In this document: positions 10,978 through 24,760 of the stretch, one piece after another
Layout of the letters: each line of letters opens with the position of its first letter
Numbering within the stretch: position 1 is the stretch's first letter
Source of the DNA: Tubiluchus corallicola
Lineage: Eukaryota; Animalia; Priapulida
Direction: 5' to 3'
Length of the DNA: 64,000 nucleotides
Assembly (NCBI GenBank): GCA_030141605.1
Contig: JAQGDQ010000249.1
Coordinates: 1-64,000, forward strand
Program-made: the position numbers and the translations under genes
Notes under the pieces: model-generated
The model's input: only the letters and a program-made list of their open reading frames with translations
Told to the model about the DNA's origin: nothing
Database searches by the model: none

Positions 10978-13900
10978 GAAATTTCGAATATCTGTTGGTA
11001 ACCTTCGAGTTTGTCGCCGTTCAAGGTAAATTTATTAAAGTGTCACAGTCCTGAACATCTACAAATAAGTTCGTGAGAGGGAGCCACGCACCTGCTTCGT
11101 TTTGTACTGTAAACTTCTATAGCACGATCCATGTCTATGAGTGAAAAGTTACTCAAGTTATCATACTGTTTATTGCGCCATATACATCACGCCACCGTTT
11201 AATAACCTACACGGTTACATGTTACGTGCGTGTTAAAAAGGCCAAAGGCAACTCGATGGCTTGTGATGAGAAAAGAAGAAGAAAAAAAAGAAAGATAAGT
11301 TTCTTTGATTCGCAAGTTGTTGTGAGCGCTGAGCAGATTGCGAACATCAAAAAGCAAGATTAGTAAAAATTGAATTTGATTCTTAATTACGTCGGCTAAC
11401 CGAATAATCAGCCTGCGAAATACGAACATCAACGATGTAGAAAGAAATGATGTACAACGTTTTGCATCATATTTCTTACATCATTGGTGTTCGCAAGAAT
11501 CTGCTCTTATTAGCTTGAATTTTTATTATCAGGAAAGAGTTGTCGGTGCGCCCAGCATTGACGAGAAGTGATCGTGCGTGAACATAAATAAAAAAGAGTT
11601 ATATTTCAACAATTTATTTGTCTGATACCAGCACAATTCTTCGCGAAAGTTTGCCTAAACGAGCTTTGTAAACGGTTTTTACATTTTGTTCAGTGACACG
11701 ACATGACTGGTAGAAGAAACGCGCGTAAATTGTACCCTAGCGGCGAAATATTGTACTTCGTTGACAAAATCTACAGTACATATTGCAGGAATCGTCTGTG
11801 CCGCTTGTAAAAAGACGAACACCCTATGGACGTTGGCTGGTCTACTCTTGAATCTGTGAATTGCAACGACCAGTTGGGCTAAGTTTTACCATCAAAGCCC
11901 TTGGTGGTTTCTTGAAAAAATACTGTGTTATTAATATATCACCTCAACTCTTTTTCTCATGTAAAAATCATAAAAATAATAGCAGTGTAATGTACCAGCG
12001 ATTTTTTAAGTGGGAAAGAAAAAGGCATAATTATACTAAATTTATGACTCTATTTACACATAATAAGTAGCTAATATATTGTATTAACATTTCTTAATTA
12101 TTATACATGTAATTAACTAAGAATACGGAAGTTATAGGTCTCTAGAATGGGCAGCAGTTATGTATAGGCTGTATGTGCATTATTAAAATTTATATTTCAT
12201 GTCTATAATGTAAATTGTGTAAGATAATCGTTTATTATTATACACAAGGTTAAGGTATGCCTAAGAGCAATGATGAAACCAGGCATATGCATGATTTTCA
12301 GTGTACGTTACGATTTCGATTCGTGTTGATCTGAACATACATTAATCGTAAATTTGAGTAGGTCACGTAGGATTTGTACTCAAAATTCAAGACAAAATTA
12401 ATTCACATCTGGTGGACTAGGTCTGCCACTAATGCTCTTGCATGTTGTTAAATTGTACATGTGTTTTAAAGAACAAACCAAACATTGTAGAAATGCTCAA
12501 TAAAATGAATTAACTGGAATTCCCTTTTTTGTTGCTTTGACCTCTTTTTACATTATACAAAACTTGCATTTTGTTCTATGGTCCATAACAAAAAACTAGA
12601 ATTTTCTCTAAATAACATGTAGGACAACAATATTTCAGTAATGCTTTTAATGTAATGCTTCAGTAATGGTAAAGTCTCAGCATTAATTGCACAGTGCATA
12701 GATATGATAATATCATTGATGCGAAATCAAAGCACAATCATCACAAAATAATTTGACTTGAGACTTCCCAAACATTGTTCAGCCAACAATCAATGAAATC
12801 TTCTCAAACACATTTAATCATACTGTAGTGACGCTCTTGTTTGGCAACCGCATATACATTACATGTTTAATCTTAATAAATTATTTGGTTGTTAAGTGAC
12901 GTTACTGTTTAGTGATGTTCTTGCTTTTACCTGAACACAAGATTTCTTTTTATTGATTATTATTTAGTTAAAGTATCCAATACGATCATTACAGCATGCA
13001 CTTAAATGAATTTAATAACAAATGTATTATTATGTGCACAAGATGCCAAGCTGCATATGACCTGTGGGGTACTCAAGAATTAATTATTCGTTTCAACTCC
13101 TTGTTCAATTCTCTCTTAAGATTTTTTAAAATTTGTTGCTTAAAATTTTTGGTTATTGTCTGGACACCGTGTGCAGTGGACACTTTAATGGATTTATCAG
13201 TCAGTCAGCTACCATAATGCGGCACTGTGGATGTCGTGTAGGATGCACTACGCCGCGCGCGCTTTTGGCGGTGCGCTTTATGGATAAGTATTTAAAGTGA
13301 ATAGAGTGAGTCAGAATCTCAGAAATATTTCTGTCATGATTTTCTTAGTGCAAACATACATTTCGTTCGTTAGAAAACTATAAACGATTTTTGTTCACGT
13401 CTTGTATTTTTACACCAGTCACAAATAGTTTAAGTAGTAGATAGTGTAATGACTGAATTTGTCTTGGACTTTAAAGCTGCAAACCTGTTTTATGTGTTAA
13501 CGTGAAAAGTCAGAACAAGATTAATGGAAAGAACAATTTCTGTGCGAGCGAATGATCATGTAAATATTTCATCTGATAATTTGCAATTCAACTTGGTTTT
13601 TTAATTAATGCATGAATTGCACTTGTCTCAGTTATTTGAGGGTACAGGTTTATATATTGATAGCATATTTATGCGCGTACACTAAAAACCATCAACTTTA
13701 TGAGTTTTCCTGTATCTAAATTGAATGAGTGAACGCAGAACTGTCTTACAACATTACTTGTTAACAGGCCTCCTTTTGATTTGAATAGGCATTCAGTTTT
13801 TCAATTGCTGGTCATCAGTTAGAAGTTATATTTTGCACAGGAACTCACTTGATAAGCTAGGCACCTATCTAGAAATTTTCTTTTATATAGCACATACTTA

Positions 13901-14125
13901 TAACCGATTTTTTATTAGTTGCAAACTGAAACTATTTTTAGGTTTATTGCATGTTTCGTTTTTTCTGGCCTTCTGGTAATAAGCTAAGTTCTGGTGGGCA
14001 GCTGTATCACTGAGTATGGCTTCCTGCTTGCTAGGTGCCATATTCTACAAAAAAAAACGTGGGCGAAGATATTTTTGCAATTAGTGTTCAATATTAGTAT
14101 TATGTTTGTTATGTGAATTGATAAA

Positions 14126-14849
14126 TGTGTGCTTGCACAGTAAAATCGTTCATAAATTGGCAATTAATTTTTACACTCTCCTGAGCTCGGCCTGTACAAA
14201 AACAACAGAAATAATTAGTATTAATATCCATTCTCATTTATTTATTTGTGTGCTTGCATAGCAAAACCGTCCATAAGTCGGCAATTAAGCTGTTCTAGTT
14301 ATTCACATGTCCTGAATCTCCATTTCATGAGGATCATTTTGATACCAAGTTCATTGCTCTGTGTTATTTCTAAGCTGAGAAAATCCACGTTGAAGTTGAG
14401 GTGCAGGCTGCACACTGAAAAACATAATCTTGAGAAAGTAATTGTTAAACTCAGCCATTGTTTTTCTTCAAAACACTTAGCAACCGTACAAATGATGGTT
14501 GCTTCGGACGTTGCAAGAACACATTGATGTTATATTTAAATCCAGTAGGTGGCTCTTCCTGATGAAGTTCTGGGCTTGGCAATAGAAAAAACCCGAACCA
14601 AAATGACAGCTTTCACGAGCTACTAACGGAGTTTGAAAATACAATTTTTTTACAATTACATTATTTGTTCTAGACAGAAAAGTGAGTATGGGTTATAAAA
14701 ATAGATTTTTAGTATTTGTTAAACATTTTCTTGATAATTTGGTACTAGAATATCAAAGTCCAATATATTTAGCATTTGTTTAAAATTATAAAAAATAAAA
14801 AATTGACATTTGACCAAATTTATGGACGGTTTTGGATTGCAAGCACACA
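14126..14849 (-). mobile_element. TIR-bounded element carrying an inverted copy of the GPCR intron end and exon start
   Basis: Termini tgtgtgcttgcacagtaaaatcgttcataaatt and aatttatggacggttttggattgcaagcacaca. 14172-14623 is a diverged reverse complement of ~9897-10362. Confidence 0.65.
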
Positions 14850-15191
14850 TATAGTAAATCCTCTATGCACATGCATCGCGCATCACTGAAGGAGCTTCCT
14901 ACATACCGGTAAAAATATGAGTAAAAGTACAGGTCTAGATACACCTTCGGTCTGACTCAACTTCGGCTATAAGGGACGGTTTATTTCCGGTCCCGAGGTG
15001 CCCCTCATATCCGAGGTTGACTGTATGTCCAAATTTGTCTAAGCATGTTTGAAGCTGCCGACTGTAGTGCCATTGGTAACATCTTATAATACGTAATTCA
15101 TTGTCAACTTCGGCATAATTACGTCATCACATTGTAACTGTTATACATCAAATCAATTGTAATTACAATAATTGTAAAACAACTATCTATC

Positions 15192-15223
<32 letters not shown>

Positions 15224-16054
15224 GAGAAATATAATTATATATTTATTTCTATATATATAATTTTTATTCAATCACAATCACATCAAATAAACAAACAGCT
15301 CAACAAGCAAAATAACATTAATTAACAAGATTAATAAGCAATGTGAATATATACAATTAAGCGTCAGTAACATATGTTAGTATGGCGTACAACTCATTCC
15401 TGTCAAAAAAATCAAAACAATTACATTCTAGAGCCCATGTAACTTCTTTGATGAAATTTACAGTCCGTAATTGTTCGTCGCTAGCAATTCCTCAATTAGC
15501 ATTAGCATTAGCCCTATGTTAACATAGTGACTAACTGCATAATAGTTTATCTACTGGAGATATGTGCTGCATGGTGGTCAAGAAGCAAAGCTTGTAAGAC
15601 CACCATGAAAAGTGGAGAAAAAACTACTTAAACTGCTTAATTAACAAGAGAAAGAATCATAGAAAAACAGGGAATAGTTAAGATAAAATAATACACAAGG
15701 ATAGAGGAAAAGAGAAGAGAAGAGAGGGGGGGAGAGGAGAGAAGAAAAAGGAGTTCAGCAGAGACGTGATGCAAAAGTATGAAAATATACACTATATAGA
15801 AAATGATCATTAGACACCGATGGGCATGAAAATTAATGTTGTCAGTTTAATTTAGGAAACATTATTAATTTTTTGAATTATAACATTTACTATATAATTA
15901 AGTAATGCAAAATAAAGAAAATACATGTACTATGAATTATTGGATCAACAGAATCGGGTCAGTCTTGCATTTAAACTAAAATTAGCATTTTAATCTTGAA
16001 TGAAAAAAACGGGTCAAATTTGTTACGTAATAATAAAACACTTTGGGTTAACGG

Positions 16055-16479
16055 CAGGGGTGTGCAAACTGCGGCCCGCGGGCCACTTGCGGCCCACCGA
16101 GAGATCTTGTGCGGCCCGCGAAGAGGTTTGTCAACATAATCAAAGTGCGGTCCACGCGATCCAGCTGAAGTCTGCACCACTATCGCAAAGATAGTGCGGG
16201 TAATTTTTCCTTCTAGATTGGATGGCATTAACCCTTACAAGACCGTTGTCACTTAATGTCGCTGTCGGACATGATGAAATATATGGTTTTTAATATAAAT
16301 TTTAATAACTTCTAAAATAGTTTCTTGAGTGCAGTAGTGATGATGTGTGCAAATCGGATGCAAAAAAATCGTTATTAGGTCCTACTGTACTTGGCTCCTT
16401 GATCAAACTGCCAGTGGCCCGCAGGAATTGTGGGAAAGTTTAATGTGGCCCGGCTAGTCAGATAATTTGCACACCCCTG
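16055..16479. mobile_element. hAT (Charlie-like) MITE
   Basis: TIRs caggggtgtgcaaa / tttgcacacccctg. ggttaacg is duplicated at 16046-16053 (plus one extra G) and 16480-16487; internal gcggcccgc motifs. Confidence 0.85.
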
Positions 16480-17701
16480 GGTTAACGATACAGTGAGTCG
16501 ACAAAGATTAGTGTAGTGTTATTGAACATCTTAAGATGTAGCGTTATTAAACATCTTAACAAGTTAAAGAAAATTGTTCTCTTTTTTCTTATTTCCAAGT
16601 TTTTCTAGTTTGGCAGCTTTAATTTTTTTCCAGTGTAAGAATCTTAGTAGCTTAATAACAAGTAGAGTGCACAACTGGGGCTAAACTGTGAATCCAAAAA
16701 AATTATTCGGTGCAATTAATGGTTTTTATTGTCCAAAATGACATTCTAGTCGTCGCTGTAAAAAATAATCATCATTACATCATGACAGACTTGTTCACTG
16801 ACTGACTTCATATCATTTACGACTGGATTTTGTTTTATCTGAAGTAAGTAAAATAATTTGTGCTGTCAATTTGAAATGGATACAAAACACCAGTTTAACA
16901 TGTTGACCAAAAGTTTTTTTATTCTGAAATACAATTATTAACATTTAGTTTAACTTGCATTGAATAGAAGAAAATTAGTTGCATGATTAAATGTATTGCT
17001 ATAACTAAGTACTGATATAAAAATTATGTAAACTATATTGATATTAATTAACAATAACTTACGTTGTTAGAGCCTTTAACAGTTACAAAGACAGGAATGA
17101 GAACTCCAAGTTGCCTTAAGAACAGCGACGTCACAACAATAAATTCGTAAGAAATTCACAGTCATAATGCTCATCACAATCACAAAACTAGAGCAATGGC
17201 GGAGAGAACCAAAAGACGGGTAAAATGTCATACAACTACTACAGCTATAGCTCACGAAAGGCCAAAATGCTAATGTATTGAAGGGTACTAGGTGGTTCAA
17301 TTGTAAAAGAGTGACTACTGTAAAAAGCTAAAAGCCTACTAAATAAACAAACAGGTGGCAGCACCGTGGCAGCAATTGAAAACTAAATTAAAACCAAAAA
17401 GGGCCTATGCACCCACTGCGCAAGTATCAAAAATTACATGTCTGACCAAGTTAATAAAATAATAATAACGATGTGATGGAATTAAACTTTCATCTCTGAT
17501 AAATAGCTAGTAATTTTAGCATTTACTATAATCCTAAAACTGTTTATTGACAAATATGTTTAGCACTTATCATCAATGGCTTCGTCTAGTTTTTATGAAG
17601 CCTGCAAACGTTAAGTCAGGTTTATTGTGAGGTTAGTACTGTGATATGTATCGTATCGTGACTTAGGTGTATCTTTACAGCCCTAGTATGGGGCCATTTA
17701 A

Positions 17702-18271
17702 AGGAAAACCGGACGATTGTGTAAACATTAGTTCAGAATATAGAATTAGAGTAAAACATTAGGAAAAGATGGTCTAAAATATTGAAAACTACAATAGCTT
17801 TTTTTTAAATCAAAGCTCAGATTAAATAATAATTACCTTGGATAGTTATAAACTTTTAAAGCTATGTGCGGCTCAGTGTATCTACTAAGAATGGCAATGG
17901 CGCCCTTTTGTCGCATTTGCCTGGCCAACAAATAGGCGAGGTACCACGATGAGCATGATCATGAACTGTAGTGTTCGGTGGTGACATCAGTGTGATGTAG
18001 AACTCATTTTTTTGACATCACATCAGCATCTTATTTTAATTCAGCAATCTTCGCTTACGCAAGCATGCTTGACGCGCAAGGAAGATGCCTACCATTGCAC
18101 ATGCTGCGGTTAGTTTGTGACGTAGGCGATAGTTGTGTACGGTTGTGCCACTAATTAATTTTGCAAGGTAATTATTCAAATACTAGAAACAATTGCTAAC
18201 TTTTGTACCCAAGAAAATGTGCATTTTGGACAGTAAATTAAAATGAGTCTAAACAATCGCCCGGTTTTCCT
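17702..18271. mobile_element. Kolobok-like MITE
   Basis: ttaa|aggaaaaccggacgattgtgtaaac ... gtctaaacaatcgcccggttttcct|ttag; ~25-bp imperfect TIRs. Confidence 0.75.
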
Positions 18272-18952
18272 TTAGTCAATTACGTTAACACAGCAAAACA
18301 CGACAGTTCCTTTCTAAGGTGTTTACTGAAGTCTTTATTTTCTAAAGAAGGAGAAAAAACAAAAGAATACATAAAATTTGCAGTAATGTAATTTGAACAA
18401 AAAATACAGAAATTTGAACAAAAAAATTACACAGAAAATTACTATCTAATTAATAAACTAGGATTTACAAAAATCACTTACTTCATTCAGCTAGAGAGAG
18501 CACACTGTTTATGGTTTATGAAGCATGACATTGAATTTCTCACATAAAAATTGCATTATCCACATTACAAGTAAGTCTCTGCAATAACCAGTCAACTCTG
18601 GCAGCAATTGCCCACGTGTCCCCTTTACTTTTTGGCTCCCTCATGTGGGAAAAATAAAAAACGATTTATATAGGTAATTGGGTAATTTGCCCTTAACAAC
18701 CTGTGTTTGGTTTACTAGCCTCATTCTTTTAGCTGCTTCATTTATGTTAAGTATGTTTCATGTTGTTTGTTTTTCAGTTGTGTCATGGAATCATGGCTTG
18801 ATGAACGCAGCTTGCTGTGACCATAATGTAACGCGGAGCATCGTAAACCATTAACTCCCGTCTCTTTATTGTCTGCAGTAAATTGATCTGTGAACATTTA
18901 CTGCCGTTTAGTGCACCATGCTCGTGGTGAGTCAGCAGCCTCGTTAACTAAC

Positions 18953-21175
18953 ATGTCGAAGACGAAGCACGACGAGTGCGTGAAGGTGGTGGTGCGATGC
19001 CGGCCCATGAACGAGAAGGAGGTCGCCGGCAACTACGAACAAGTCGTCAAGATCGACACGACGCTGGGAAGCATCGAGCTCAAGAATGCGAAATCTCAGC
19101 CGGGAGAGCCGTACAAAACGTTTACGTTCGACAGCGTCTACGACTGCAACAGCAAGCAGGCCGATTTGTACGACGAAACGTTCAGAGCGCTGGTGCAGAG
19201 CGTTCTCGAGGGTTTCAACGGCACCATATTCGCTTACGGTCAAACGGGAACCGGCAAAACGTACACGATGGAGGGACTCCGAAACGATCCCGAACTCAGG
19301 GGAGTCATCCCGAATTCGTTCGATCACATATTTACGCACATTTCTAGGTCGCACGACCAGCAGTACCTCGTTCGGGCTTCTTATCTCGAAATCTACCAGG
19401 AAGAAATCAGAGATTTGTTGCACAAGGATCAAACCAAAAGGCTGGAGCTAAAGGAGAGACCGGACACGGGCATTTACGTGAAAGATCTGTCTTCATTTGT
19501 TTGTAAAAGTATGAAAGAGATAGAACACGTGATGACAGTGGGTAATCAAAATCGAAGCGTGGGCGCAACGGACATGAACGAGCACAGTTCGCGCTCTCAC
19601 GCCATATTCATAATCACCATCGAATGTAGCGAAATCGGCCCTGACGGCGAGAATCACATACGCGTCGGTAAACTGAATCTAGTCGATCTAGCCGGTAGCG
19701 AAAGACAGTCGAAAACCGGCGCCCAGGGCGAACGCTTCAAGGAAGCCACTAAGATCAACCTCTCGCTGTCCGCGCTTGGAAATGTGATATCTGCACTAGT
19801 CGACGGAAAGAGTACTCACATTCCGTACAGAGATTCTAAACTCACTAGACTTTTACAGGATTCTCTAGGTGGTAACGCTAAGACCGTAATGGTGGCGAAC
19901 ATAGGACCAGCTAGTTACAATTATGACGAGACTCTCACCACTCTGAGGTACGCAAACCGCGCAAAGAACATAAAGAACAAACCAAAGATAAACGAAGATC
20001 CCAAGGATGCTCTCCTGAGGGAATTCCAGGAGGAGATAATGCGTCTGAAGAAAAACCTCGCCGAAAAGGGCGGTTCCGGGAAAAGGCGCAGAAGAGCAAA
20101 GGGCAACGGGAAGGAGGGCGAGTTCGAGGATAGCGAAGAAGTTATAGATGAAACAGATAACGAAGAAGATGTTCTCAAGGAACAACAGTCGAAGTTGGAG
20201 GAGGAAAAAACTGCAATAATGAATAATAAGAACTTGATCGCCGAAGAGAAAGAAAAGCTGCTTTTGGAAGCAAAGGCAAAGGAAGAAGAACTGACGAAGC
20301 AACAAGAACAACAACAGGCTTTGCAAGGAAAGATTAAAGCAATGGAAAGTAAACTTTTGTCCGGCGGGAAGAACATCATTGACCACACAAACGAACAGCA
20401 ACGTTCTCTGGAGCAGCGCCGCCTGGAAATAGCCGAACAGAAACAGCGCGAGCGAGAGATGATGCAACAGCTGGAGGAACAAGAAGCCGGTGCTCTGGAA
20501 GTAGTCGGCACTTACACGAATCTGCAACAGGAAGTCGAAATAAAGACGAAAAAGTTGAAGAAGCTGTTTGCGAAATTACAGGCTACGAAAACTGAGATTC
20601 AGGATATCCAGGAAGAGCACAGCCAGGAAAGACAGGAACTGGAGGAAACGCAAAATCAACTGACCAAAGAACTGAAGCTGAAATATCTGATAATAGAAAA
20701 CTTTATTCCACCGGTGGAGAAGAATAAGATCACCAATCGTTGTTGGTATGATGAAGAAGAGGATTCCTGGAAAGTGACCCCTCTGGCTAAAACAGGCCTG
20801 CAAGGTGCCAGACCTCCGTGTGCTAGTAGACCCGATTGTCGTCGACCAATGTCCGAATTTGCAAAGATGGCGGCGACGGTTGGCGGTAACCCCAGGTACA
20901 AAGGCGAGAACGTGCTGACGCTCCAACTTGACACGCCTCAACGAACGACAAGAGATTACGAGGGTCCCCAGGTAGCGCCGCGTGTCCAAGCGGCACTCGA
21001 TGCGGCGCTCAAAATAGAAGAGGACGATGAAGTCATCGATGCCCGGTTCAACTTCAACAAACAAGTTCCGAAAAACAGCGCAAAAAGCAGGACCAACAAG
21101 AGCCGTTCGTCGAAGTCCTCTCGATCTGACTCAGCGGTGGATTATCCCCAGTCCCGCGGACTTGTCCCAAAATAG
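18953..21175 (+). CDS. KIF3B: Kinesin-2 motor subunit, KIF3B / KRP95 type; single-exon CDS of 740 aa
   Basis: P-loop GQTGTGKT, switch motifs NEHSSRSH and [44 protein letters not shown] neck, coiled-coil stalk. C-terminus [10 protein letters not shown] as in vertebrate KIF3B. First ATG is at 18953 (the ORF track starts at an upstream GTG). A likely 5'UTR acceptor ttttcag ends at 18777. Confidence 0.95.
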   Translation: MSKTKHDECVKVVVRCRPMNEKEVAGNYEQVVKIDTTLGSIELKNAKSQPGEPYKTFTFDSVYDCNSKQADLYDETFRALVQSVLEGFNGTIFAYGQTGTGKTYTMEGLRNDPELRGVIPNSFDHIFTHISRSHDQQYLVRASYLEIYQEEIRDLLHKDQTKRLELKERPDTGIYVKDLSSFVCKSMKEIEHVMTVGNQNRSVGATDMNEHSSRSHAIFIITIECSEIGPDGENHIRVGKLNLVDLAGSERQSKTGAQGERFKEATKINLSLSALGNVISALVDGKSTHIPYRDSKLTRLLQDSLGGNAKTVMVANIGPASYNYDETLTTLRYANRAKNIKNKPKINEDPKDALLREFQEEIMRLKKNLAEKGGSGKRRRRAKGNGKEGEFEDSEEVIDETDNEEDVLKEQQSKLEEEKTAIMNNKNLIAEEKEKLLLEAKAKEEELTKQQEQQQALQGKIKAMESKLLSGGKNIIDHTNEQQRSLEQRRLEIAEQKQREREMMQQLEEQEAGALEVVGTYTNLQQEVEIKTKKLKKLFAKLQATKTEIQDIQEEHSQERQELEETQNQLTKELKLKYLIIENFIPPVEKNKITNRCWYDEEEDSWKVTPLAKTGLQGARPPCASRPDCRRPMSEFAKMAATVGGNPRYKGENVLTLQLDTPQRTTRDYEGPQVAPRVQAALDAALKIEEDDEVIDARFNFNKQVPKNSAKSRTNKSRSSKSSRSDSAVDYPQSRGLVPK

Positions 21176-21439
21176 ATGACCGCCCGAGAGTAGCCAGCAT
21201 CTGTATCACCTTCATCAAGTTCCTCAGCTATCTCTGCCTCTTTCTAAAGATTGTGGACGTCGTTCACGCTCTGACGGGAGCCATCAAATCGGTTACCGAC
21301 AACTTTGAATGGTGGCTAAAGGATCCAGAAGATCGCGGCTGTTAGTGCTGCATCTAGATTCTCATCCTCATCTTTTATAATGCTTAGCTTTTCTGTATTA
21401 GTGCACGCATTTGCAATAGATCTGAGATGACTAGGTTTT

Positions 21440-22815
21440 TAACTAACCATTTAAGCGTTATTAATTGCGGTCAGTTAACAGTTTAGATGTCATTAATCGC
21501 GGTCAGTTAACCGTTTAAACGTTACTAATCGCGGTCACTTAACTGTTTAAACGTTATTAATTGCGGTAACTTAACTGTTTAAATATTATTAATTGCGGTC
21601 AGTTAACCTTTTAAATGTTACTAATTGCGGTCAGTTAACAGTTTAGACGTCACTAATTGTCGTCAGTTAACCGTTTAAACGTTATTAATTGCGGTCAGTT
21701 AACAGCTTAGACGTCATTAATCGCGGTGAGTTAACCGTTTAAACGTTACTAATCGCGGTCACTTAACTGTTTAAACGTTATTAATTGCGGTAACTTAACT
21801 GTTTAAATATTATTAATTGCGGTCAGTTAACCTTTTAAACGTTACTAATTGCGGTCAGTTAACAGTTTAGACGTCATTAATTGTCGTCAGTTAACCGTTT
21901 AAACGTTATTAATTGCGGTCAGTTAACAGCTTAGACGTCATTAATTGTCGTCAGTTAACCGTTTAAACGTTATTAATTGTCGTCACTTTACCGTTTAGAC
22001 GTTATTAATTGCTGTCAATTAACCGTTTAAACGTTATTAATCACGGTCACTTAACTGTTTAAACGTTATTAATTGCGGTCAGTTAACAGTTTAAATGTTA
22101 TTAATTGTGGTCAGTTAATCTTTTAAACGTTACTAATTGCGGTCAGTTAACAGTTTAGACGTCATTAATTGTCGTCAGTTAACCGTTTAAACGTTATTAA
22201 TTGCGGTCAGTTAACAGCTTAGACGTCATTAATTGCGGTCAATTAACCGTTTAAACGTCATTAATTGTCGTCACTTAACTGTTTAAACATTATTAATCGC
22301 TGTCAGTTAACAGTTTAGACGTTATTAATTGCTGTCAGTTAACTGTTTAAACGTTATTAATCGCGGTCACTTAACTGTTTAAACGTTATTAATTGCGGTC
22401 AGTTAACAGTTTAAATGTTATTAATTGCGGTCACTTAACTGCGGTCAGTTAACAGTTTAAATGTTATTAATTGCGGTCACTTAACTGTTTAAATGTTATT
22501 AATTGCGGTCACTTAACTGTTTAAACGTTATTAATCGCGGTCACTTAACTGTTTAAACGTTATTAATTGCTGTCAGTTAACCGTTTAGACGTTATTAATT
22601 GCGGTCACTTAACCGTTTAAACGTTATTAATTGCGGTCACTTAACCGTTTAAACGTCATTAATTGCGGTCAGTTAACCATTTAAACGTTATTAATTGTGG
22701 TCAGTTAACCATTTAAACGTTATTAATTGTGGTCAGTTAACCGTTTAAACATTATTAATTGCGGTCAGTTAACCGTTTAAACGTTATTAATTGCGCTCAG
22801 TTAACCGTTTAGATG
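21440..22815. repeat. 32-bp minisatellite, ~43 copies, rich in short palindromes
   Basis: Unit ttaattgcggtcagttaaccgtttaaacgtta. Confidence 0.97.
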
Positions 22816-23199
22816 CTTCTTAGGCAACCAGATTAATTGAAACAACGTTGCAAATGGTACAGTTTTATGTAAGCGCAACATTGCTAATAGCCAACTCAGA
22901 AAAGATACAAGCTTTCCTTATTACAGATGTGTAGAAGACTTGGCCAAGTAACGGTTAAATGGTTAGTGAAATTCTAACCGTCTCCGCCTTAACTTGTAGG
23001 CTTAGTACTTATGTGAAAAGGCAATCTAGTCAATGTTAACCATTTGTATAAACTATATAGACTAATAGAAGTCATTGTAGCGAAATACTCTATAAGCGAA
23101 GTTCAATTGAGATAAATGTGACACAATGTATAAGGCTTGGCTGGGTAATGATAATAGTGCAACGAAGGCTATGCTAGCAAAAATCGCTACACTCACATC

Positions 23200-23750
23200 T
23201 TGGTTTGCCGGACAAATGTGGGGAGACGTCGGTCCGAATTTGCTGATTGTCTGTATTTGCTGATACTAAGCTAATACAGTAGGCGCCGTGTATTAGACTC
23301 ATGGTAATGTAGAATCAATCACCTAATTGTCTCAAAAATGTCTAGTACGGGCCGCTCCTGACATATTAGACTTGCGGTAATGTAGAATCAATCATCTAAT
23401 TGTCTCAAAAATGTCTACTACGGGCCACTCCTGACAATTAGACTCACGGTAATGTAGAATCAATTGTCTAATTGTCTCAAAAACGCCTAAGTACTGGCTG
23501 CTCCTATGCAAAAGTATATAAAAACTGTTGGCAATTGACTCAAATAACTCCCCACAATTGACTCTGTATTCTTATACTTAGAGATATACACGTGGTTACA
23601 CTGATGTAATGATGTAAACAAAGTGACGGCCTGCCAACTGGTGGTCAGCTCACGAAACAATGGACTGTGTCCGTTGTATGGGAGACTTCTAATGGTCCAC
23701 ATTTTGTCCGATTTTTCCGATAACCGTAAGCGCGAGGTCTGGCAAACCCA
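23200..23750. mobile_element. Putative MITE with an internal ~70-75 bp triplication
   Basis: Termini ttggtttgccgga / tctggcaaaccca. The core at ~23468-23660 is shared with the 27471 and 30875 elements. No TSD seen. Confidence 0.55.
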
Positions 23751-24078
23751 GGTATGAGCATGTAGTGTTGACTTTTCATAAGGACTTTAGACTACAGCAT
23801 AGAACACAAGTGGCGTAAGCATTACATACTGGTTACATCTAGGGTAAATGAGAAAGAGACGCTTTCCTGCTATTTCTAATTTAGTAACTGCTAGTTTGCC
23901 AATTATCGCTTGTGCTGCCATCTTTTGTTACTTTTACAATCTACACATTCTGTTCATACTCTTTGATTTGTACATTTTCTACTGGGTTTTGCAGGAGCTG
24001 TTGCTCTTGGGCGGTGCCTTGTTTTTTGCACTTTTTATATTATCGAGTCATTTGCGTTACGCCTCACTATTGTGTTAA

Positions 24079-24760
24079 AGGACAAGAAAAGAGGTACCTG
24101 ACGTAGCTTTCAGAAAAATCACCTTAAAAATTATATTACTTTATAGCAATTTTACGCTTATATCGTACTCACATTGAAAGGAATTTTCGTTTGTCTTCAT
24201 TTTAAATCTCCCGCGTAATGTTGCGACGGCGCCATTACATGACGTCATACGTGCACAATGTAAATCAGGGCAAGAAAAGGAAATGTTAAATTATATCCCA
24301 AAAACTTTCCATGCAAAGTTATATTACTTATCATTTCGCTTACCGGCTTGAAAGATTTGTGTAACTACAAAAGAAAATTATTCATTATTTAAAATGTTTT
24401 CACCCATTGGTAAAATGTCGTTGACTCACCCTCCAGGGTGCACCACTCACTAACCAAAAAACGTATTTTTAATCTCATTGACAAGATACATCAATTTAGA
24501 ATTTTACTTAGTTAGTAACATATCTGCTACGAATACTCTGATTATTTTTTCAAACTTTACTTAACGTTATCAAAACTTGTTTCAAACGACCTACCATTAA
24601 AATGGCTGCATCTAACTCTCATCGATGGAGTTTAAATTTACAAGTTTCATACAGTGTTACTGCTGACACAAGCCCTGTATGCAAAATGGCAGTACATAAG
24701 TAGTATAAAATATCAAGACGAATTTTTAGGCTTTATGTAAGTAGAGGTTGTGCGTTAAGT
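24079..24760 (+). mobile_element. Kolobok-like element fragment
   Basis: ttaa|aggacaagaaaagaggtacctg; colinear with 2203-2880. Confidence 0.65.

Noticed and set aside
18944-21064. Antisense and alternate-frame ORFs over the kinesin
   Set aside because: Shadows of a GC-richer real CDS, with no recognisable motifs.
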